A DNA stretch of 64,000 nt, from contig CM022671.1 of the NCBI GenBank assembly GCA_012295275.1, positions 15,934,001 through 15,998,000 of the forward strand. The letters are read 5' to 3'. The translations under genes and the position numbers were made by a program. Below the pieces are notes generated by a model. The model did no database searches. It saw nothing but the letters and a program-made list of their open reading frames with translations, and was not told where the DNA came from. The DNA is from Chrysomallon squamiferum. Lineage: Eukaryota > Animalia > Mollusca. Positions 55,701-64,000 of the stretch are shown piece after piece. Each line of letters begins with the position of its first letter. The first letter of the stretch is position 1.

Positions 55701-57952
55701 TATATACTCAGGGTGGACTCCTGTTTTATGTGCAGTCTTCATTAGCAGGTTAGAAATGTATTTTTATTTTGTTGTTCGTGTTATATGTATGAGAAAAATT
55801 CATTATTTTTTCATCACTGTTAAAATCTTGCAATACATTTCATGTTTTATGGATCTGTGGATTTCAGGGAAATAATTTCTGTAGTAACTAGATTAAAGGA
55901 TTAAATTATATGTTTATGAATTTGCAGATTTTAATATATTGAAAATGAAACTTATTTTGAAATTATTGTAATATTTAATGGAAGAATTTATATTCAGATC
56001 CAAAGATATTTCCATGAATTCCTTAGTTCTTATAATTATTTGCTTCTTCATGTTTTCTGTTTAATTTTTCAGTATTGGAGGTTTAATATTAGATTATGCT
56101 GTTGGAAATTACCACGGGATAGCAGTTTTCCAACCAGTAATAAATGGTAGGATAACTAGATAGTTATAGATTTCTACTTTAATTCATAAGCTCATTTTAG
56201 ATGGTTGAAGACCATATTTTCACTTTATCAGTTGAAATAATAGAGTTTCTTTTTTTAATATCAATATCATGAATGTTTATTTCACTTGTATATGATTAGA
56301 ATGAATTTTGCTAATTGTAAAAAGTATTAATATTTTTCTGGTTAATGTTAATTTTTATATATATTGTGGAAATATAATAGATTATTGTTAACAGGTGTTG
56401 GAGGTAATCTTGTGGCTGTCCAGGCAAGTCGTATTTCAACCTCTCTGCATCGACGTGGTCAGCCAGGAGAATTCAGAGGAGACAGAGGTCTTGACTACCT
56501 GAATCCAATCAGCACATTTTGTGGGAAAAGTATGTATCTCATATTTAACACACATTTTTTCTCTCTGTCTGTTACCCAGAAGATTATGAATACATCATTT
56601 TGAAAGAATGACAAAGACGTTTATTGTTTAACATGTTGAGGATTCTTATCTGATAAATTGCGTCTTTTGGGGGTGGAAGCTGAGATAGTAAATCTAACAG
56701 TTTTTGGATGGTTTAGCAGACTTTTATTTCATTACTCAAATATTATTAAAAATATTAAATAAAAATTGCTGCAGACTATGCATCTGTGTATGATATATTT
56801 AAAATATAAATAGATTTTGTGTTTAGATTCAGATCCTGTTCTCAGGCTGTCTTTATTATATTCCAAAATCTGAAAATCTTGTAGTAAAAAAAACATTTTG
56901 GATAATGGATCCTCAACAGGTATTTCATTGTTATAGATAAGCTAAATTATTTTCTGTGAATGTCATTCTGATGATAATGATAATACAATAAGTATGATTT
57001 TAGAATTAGAAATATATTTTCACTTAAAACTTTGCATGAAATCTAAAAAATTACTAAAAAACAAATAAACCCATATTTAATTCTAATTTTAATAATCTGT
57101 TTTTAAATGCTGCATTGGATTATTAAAACTAGAAAGGTTTTTGTTTTCATTATCACTTCGTAATACACAAAAACTAAATTACTTAAGAATGTACAAACAC
57201 ATGTATATTGGTCTATACTGATACTATGAAGTCAATATATATTTATTTTATTGCAGATGTCGCGTCTAAGGCAGCACGTGTACTTCTTATTCTTGTCATA
57301 CCTGGTCATCTCATATTTATGTGTGTTATTTATTACATGCAAGCAGGCCACACGACATTCACCTTCATGTTTGGATTTATGTATCTGTCTGCTGCTGTGT
57401 TACAGGTGTGTTTAATGTTTTTGTTCTATTTTTATTGTTATGCTACTTTAAAAAAAAAAAAAAAATCCATTAATAATGGAGATAAAAGTTAACATTAATT
57501 TATAAATTTGAAAGAAAAAAAAAAAAAAAAAAAATATATATTTATATAATTAAAAAAAAAAAAAAAAAAATAATAATTAGAATATCCTTGCTTTTCAGAT
57601 AGGAACTAAGATTCTGCATCACATATGTTTGTTTTAAAAACTAGCTGACAGCTATATAATTTTAAATTTTCATAATAACTTTAACATTTGGTTTTGTCTG
57701 ACATCTTTCCTTTTTTCTACTTCTTTTTTTATATTTTTTAACACTTTTTTTTTCTTCTAACGATAGGTGTCTATTTTGCTCTATATTGCCAACTGGATGG
57801 TACACTTTATATGGCGAAGAGGAGAAGATCCAGATAACATAGCAATCCCATACCTGACAGCATTAGGAGACCTTCTTGGAACGGGATTTTTGGCTCTAGC
57901 ATTTCACTTCCTTTATCTTTTGGGAGACAGAGATGCTGATGTTGGAGAATAA
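52707..57952 (+). CDS. SLC41A1: SLC41-family (MgtE-like) magnesium transporter, 10 coding exons
   Basis: Exons 52707-53132, 53937-54044, 54281-54352, 54631-54775, 55060-55206, 55601-55748, 56073-56146, 56395-56529, 57257-57405 and 57767-57952. Motifs [52 protein letters not shown] and [19 protein letters not shown]. The exact vertebrate paralogue cannot be resolved. Confidence 0.93.
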
Positions 57953-58082
57953 ATACATCTAAGAAAAACGTACAAAAACATACAAAAAAAAAAAAAAAAA
58001 AAAAAAAATAAAAATAAGTTATATTTATAGAACTGTGATATATTTCTGTTTTACAGAATCTGATCTCTAGTGACAATAAATG

Positions 58083-58916
58083 CAGTAGGACTGTTGTCTT
58101 ATAATCTGAACAGTAGGACTGTTCTCTTACAGTTTGGGAAGTAGGACTGTTCTCTTACAATCTGGGAAGTAGGACTGTTCTCTTACAATCTGGGAAGTAG
58201 GACTGTTCTCTTATAATCTGAGCAGTAGGACTGTTCTCTTACAGTCTGGGAAGTAGGACTGTTCTCTTACAATCTGAGCAGTAGGACTGTTCTCTTACAA
58301 TCTGGGAAGTAGGACTGTTCTCTTAGAATCTGGGAAGTAGGACTGTTCTCTTAAAATCTGAGCAGTAGGACTGTTTTCTTACAGTCTGGGAAGTAGGACT
58401 GTTCTCTTACAATCTGAGCAGTAGGACTGTTTCTTTACAGTCTGGGAAGTAGGAGACTGTTCTCTTACAATCTGTCTGTTCTCTTACAGTCTGGGAAGTA
58501 GGACTGTTCTCTTACAATCTGAGCAGTAGGACTGTTCTCTTACAGTCTGAGCAGTAGGACTGTTCTCTTACAATCTGGGAAGTAGGACTGTTCTCTTATA
58601 ATCTGAGCAATAGGACTGTTCTCTTATAATCTGGTCAATAGGACTGTTCTCTTAGAATCTGGGAAGTAGGACTGTTCTCTTAAAATCTGAGCAGTAGGAC
58701 TGTTTTCTTACAGTCTGTGAAGTAGGACTTTTCTCTTATAATCTAAGCAGTAGGACTGTTCTCTTACAGTCTGGGAAGTAGGACTTTTCTCTTATAATCT
58801 AAGCAGTAGGATTGTTCTTTTATAATCTGAGCAGTAGGACTGTTCTTGTACAGTCTGAGCAGTAGGACTGTTCTCGTACAATCTGAACAGTAGGACTGTT
58901 CTCTTATAATCTGAAC
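58083..58916. repeat. 28 bp minisatellite (~30 copies) in the probable SLC41 3' UTR
   Basis: Unit GTAGGACTGTTCTCTTACAATCTG(GGAA/AGCA). Confidence 0.96.
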
Positions 58917-60335
58917 TTGAAATTAATACTGTTGAATCATGGTTATGGATTATTTAAGAAATTATTATAAGCTCTCCTTTTCTGTTAGTAATAGACAATA
59001 CTGGTGGTGAGAAGTTCAAATATCTGTATCCATGCATTTCCTTTTATTTATATTTTGAAGAACTGTAATTTTCTATATGATAACTGAAACATGACATTTT
59101 GGACATGTATTATGTATGCAAGATTATATACTTGAGATTTTGTGTATGGCTGGTAGATTGTTAAACATATTTGTGTTAGAAATGTTGGAATAGAATAAAT
59201 ATGGGCTATTTTTTGGTGGTTGGTAAAAGTTTATTTTATTTTGATACTGAAGATAGATTAGTTTGAGACTGGGGAAATATATTAGGTCAGAAAAATAAAA
59301 TAATAACTGTTGAAGTAGTTGATTTCTGGATATGCTGTTACTGTGAAATATTATTTTGTGAACTGATGTAGTTTTATTTATATTAAATTATTAATATAAC
59401 ACTTCTCAGTTTTATAATTTGTGAAATATTCTAATTCTAATGAAACAGATTCATAGGTGATAGTTGCATTTCTGTACTGAAATAAGATTGGTGGTTGTTT
59501 GCAAGCAAATGAACAAAAATAAACAAAATGTTTGCAGTTGTTTTATAGCAATTTAGAGGATAGAGACCTGAATGATCAAGTTGTTTGATGTTAAAATAAG
59601 TATTTTTCAAACAGAAAATAATAATTAAAATGTTATAAATGGTATGCTAGAAATGCATGTTTATTTTATTTATCATATTAAACATCACTTTTCTCCCTTT
59701 TAATTGTCATATTCTAGATTATCAAACGCTGATTGTATAAAAGAATGCATCACCATTTTTTTGTTTCTTAATAATGTATGTTAACATTTATAAAATACCA
59801 AGGTTTATGACTAAATTTTCACAATCACTGAAATGTTTTATTATGTTATTATAAAAAATATATCAGTCTGTCTGTAGTAAGAAAGCAAGTACTGTATTTA
59901 CATGTGATGGTGTGTAATAATATTGAATTTTGAAAATGTCAGGAAATTGTATTTTAATATACAAATGAAATCCAGTATTATAATGTGCCTTAAATAATAG
60001 TTAAAAATGGCAAAATTTAACAAGTTGCTGAATCATGTGTTAATTTCAGTATCGTTTTTTTTTTTTTGATGTTTACCATTGTAAACTGTTTGCTTTGCTT
60101 TTCATTGATCTCTAATCATATAATTACATGAATTTTAATCACTTTTTTATAGTGAAAATGTATTTTCTTCTAAATTTGAATGTATTATACAGAAATATAT
60201 ATACCTGAATAGAAACTTCGATTTCCTTTCAATAAAATAATGAAATCATTTGTTCCTTTTAGTTTAAATACTTTTCAGCATTATAAAAACTAAAATCAAT
60301 GATATAATGATTTAAGTAATATTTGTGATCACCAT

Positions 60336-60376
<41 letters not shown>

Positions 60377-60569
60377 AACATACATGTATATACCAGGTTT
60401 GCTAAGTACATATATATCAAAATTAGACTTGATGAGGGAGGAAACATTTTCTGTGATGTCTGGATGGAAGAGATAATAGATTATAAATTATACACCAAAA
60501 CATGGATAAAATAATGACACATTACTTTCATATGTTGGTTTCTGCTAGCCATTTTTTTAAATTAGTTTA

Positions 60570-60615
<46 letters not shown>

Positions 60616-61991
60616 GTTATCTTTTATTATTTATTTTTTTTAACTTAATTTGGATGAATGAAGTTTCTTTTTATTTAATATTTTTTCCAAAAACTTTATT
60701 TTGGATTTAATTTAATCAATGTCATTTAATGTATATTATGTAAAACATATGATTCTTAGATAAATTAGTAACTAATAAATAGAAAACTTTAGAAAATTTT
60801 GTTAGTATACTTTAATATCTATTTTTGAATAGCAGCTGAAGCAATTACATCACCAAATGATGTAAGTGTTGTTTTTATTTTTATTTTTTTTTCCTAAATA
60901 GACTGAAGTATATGTTAGAATAGGACCTGATGAAGATAATGTTTTATAAATTATATTAAACAGCAGAAAATTTGAACCTTTCAGTTAGGGTTGTTACAAT
61001 ATAAGAAAAAAAAATCAATTAAATTGAAATATCCTGTTTTTTATGCAATAAATGTTTTACATTCAAGTTGTCATTATATCATGGAAGAACCTGATTCTAG
61101 TCCTGCATTCTGAGAAACTTACAAAAACTAGAAATTGATTCATTTATTTATTTTATTTTTATTATTATTTTGTTAAAGGACTGTTAATAAATAATATCAT
61201 TAAGTGAATAAATCTTGTTTTTTTTATTATTTCTTATGATTAAGAATGTTCATTTTGTGTTTTCTATTGTTAGACATTCAGCAAGACAGGATCTGAATTC
61301 TTCATTTGTGACAGCAGATAAAATTTTAAATAAAACAAAAAACTTGGCATTCACACACAAACAACTTTTTATAATGCATAATGGATAATCATAACTGGTT
61401 AAAACATAGGCCTTTTGTTAATGCTATTAAAAAAATGTGAAATCAGAAACATTTAAAAGAAGTAAAATTTAAAAAAAAATAAAAAGTAAAATTCATTATG
61501 ATCAGATAAGGCAAATTATCATGTTAAAATATTCATATTCAGGTTGCAAGTTTTTTCTTTAATGTTCAAAATGTCAAGAGAATGGTATAGGGTGATTGGA
61601 TTTATTACTAATCATTCTCACCCTGGTCAAGGTACTGGCTAATCCCTGTCATTTGTAATGAGAACAAATAGATCCCTGAAAAATCCTTCAGTTGAAATTA
61701 TTATGAGTTCACCAATTTTTTATTATTGAAGGTGAGGATTATTAAAAATGGTTTTAAAAAGTAGGGGTATGTTAAAGTCTATGAGGCCAAGGTGGGAAAA
61801 TTGAAGTTAGACATTATAAGTCCCTTCGTAACCATATCTAATAAATAAAAAAAGAATATATAAAATATTATTATGTAATTAAAGAAAGATTGTATTTTTG
61901 ATTTTTGATACAGTATATCTTATTATATATGTTGTTCTTTGTAAGAGATAAGTAAAATATCCAAGCATAATAATTAAAAAAATAAAAAAAT

Positions 61992-62022
<31 letters not shown>

Positions 62023-62428
62023 TTAAAATTAAATAAAGTATTGATAATAGTTATATACTAGAATCCTGAAACAGGTTAGTTAATAAATAACTCTGACTCT
62101 GTATTAGTTCAGAAATTTGACAAACTTCAAACTGAAAAGGAGGGAAATGATGTGTCCTGTGTATCCCTGCCATTTACAGGTGAGGAGGGTATAAAGCATT
62201 ATTTATAAATTTAAAATTAAATGGTAGAGGTAGACACTAACATCATTCATTTGTAATGTATAACTATTGCTGGTTTAATAAATTTTTCCCTTTGCACAGT
62301 TTTTTACTTCATTGTCTTCTTTACTTTATAATTTATTATATTTCTGACGTAGTTTTATTTTAACAGCAAAGAATTAATTATCATAAATATTATATGTTAT
62401 ATTACTGTTTGTGTGTATGTATAGTAAG

Positions 62429-62471
<43 letters not shown>

Positions 62472-62957
62472 TTCTATATATATATATAGATAAAAAACAT
62501 TAATTAGTATCAAAGAGAATTGTAAACTGATGGATAATAATTCTATGAAGAAGGAATAGGTTACACACTAAGTGAATTAAACAACAATTTTCCTATCAAT
62601 AAACAATAGAAACAACAAGAAAAGCAAGAATTAAAGAATATAATACCAAAAAAGTGAGAAATCAAATACCCTAAAACTGTATAAATAGTATTCAGAAACG
62701 TATGTTAAATATAAAATTATGTAAGAGTTAAAAATTAACATTTTTGATTTGTGCATTTTGTTGTCACGTGATATATGATATTACTATTTAAAAAACAAAC
62801 TTAAAACACGGGTGAGACTTGAGCCGGTCCGCTCTATTTAGGGAACGAACGTCCTTAGCAGAGGTCAAAGAGGAGTTCGCCAAATCATACATCCGTTTTA
62901 ACTAGTAGTTGTTTTATTTTTACGTCCATCCAGATATCCTTGATTTTGACGATCATC

Positions 62958-63054
62958 ATGTCCCAGAGCCAGCGACAGTCAGTATCAGCAGATGGAAAAC
63001 GCATAATTGGAGTGGCTATAGATGGAAGTAAAGAATCAGAATCGGCATTTCAAC
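62958..63054 (+). CDS. Universal stress protein (UspA-domain) gene, first coding exon only
   Basis: MSQSQRQSVSADGKRIIGVAIDGSKESESAFQ followed by a perfect GTAAGT donor. The R-I-x-V-A-I-D-G-S-x-x-S-x-x-A pattern is the N-terminal USP motif. Confidence 0.78.
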
Positions 63055-64000
63055 GTAAGTATTAGTATATGGATCAATGAAGGGGGAAATAAGAAGTAAA
63101 TCGTTGAGAATGCTTCGCTTTGCGTTGATTGTAACTTCTATAACTTCGTTGATTTGTAAGACTTTAAGTAAATGAATAATTTCATGCTGTTATGGAATCT
63201 GTACACCACTCATACCCTTGTTCATAACAAAAAGAAGAAGAAGAAAAAAAACTTTTGAAGTATTCAATTAGCACTTTCAGAGTTTCGGTCTTGTCGGCTG
63301 AAGTACTACTCAACATTAGTCTGATTTGTTGTTCTGCTGCTAGTGCATGTATATAAAAATGTCATAACATTTTTTGAAGTTGACCTTCGCATGTTAAATT
63401 GTTAAAATGTTTCCTGAAAACAGTGATATTTTTTAACTTGTGTTGATTCAAATAATTCCTCCTTTATTAAAACGCAGAAATATCTAGGAAAAAAAAAAAA
63501 AAAAAAAAAAAATTGTATTAACTTGGCCAAACTTTCAGTTCCATTAAACAAATAACAAAATGATACCAAGATGATGAAAAAAACCCATTAATAAATAAGG
63601 AAATTATGGATATTTAATTACATTAAAAATTTTTTTTTTTTTTCCCTGTTATTTTAGCCTTTAATTTATCTAACCTCTGGAATTTAGCAATGACAGAATC
63701 TTATCCCTACATCTTATTAAGAAAACACTGATAAATAATTATGCTGAACTGACAAACAAACCTGCATTTTGAGGTACAATAACAATCAGGGAAAAAAAGA
63801 CATCACCAAAATTCTGGTTTGTAAAATACCTAAAAATATAAGCAAACTACAATTACAACAACAAAATAGTTGAATAGAAATTAGAAAAAATATAATGTTA
63901 AAAACTTTGCATTTAAATGTAAAATTTGATACACTCCATTGTTTAATTTATAGATGAAAATATAATTTCAGCACTTACAGGGATGAGTTTAAATTTTTTT

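Noticed and set aside
58083-58916. CRISPR-like regular repeats
   Set aside because: Head-to-tail 28 bp units without unique spacers, in a eukaryotic context with no cas genes.

Overview
Very AT-rich, intron-rich animal genomic DNA, probably from a lophotrochozoan invertebrate such as a mollusc (inferred from gene content, a UspA-domain gene and microsatellite style). Seven protein-coding genes were reconstructed by hand from splice signals. In order: transketolase (-, 3' end off the window), GSAP/pigeon-like (-), RtcB tRNA-splicing ligase (+, head-to-head with GSAP), a BTB-BACK-Kelch gene with one coding exon (+), NOPCHAP1/C12orf45-like (-), an SLC41/MgtE-type Mg2+ transporter (+, head-to-head with NOPCHAP1), and the first exon of a universal-stress-protein gene (+). 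Most ORFs in the supplied track are exon fragments or microsatellite artefacts. The most interesting signal is RtcB coding intron 4 (30766-34056), about four times longer than any other RtcB intron. It holds four related long RNA hairpins sharing a UUGGUG-CA / CACCA core with compensatory changes, several other nested stems, and a candidate poison exon bracketed by two of the hairpins. This could be an undescribed structured-RNA regulatory module in the RNA ligase gene. All base pairings were found by eye; no folding or database search was run.
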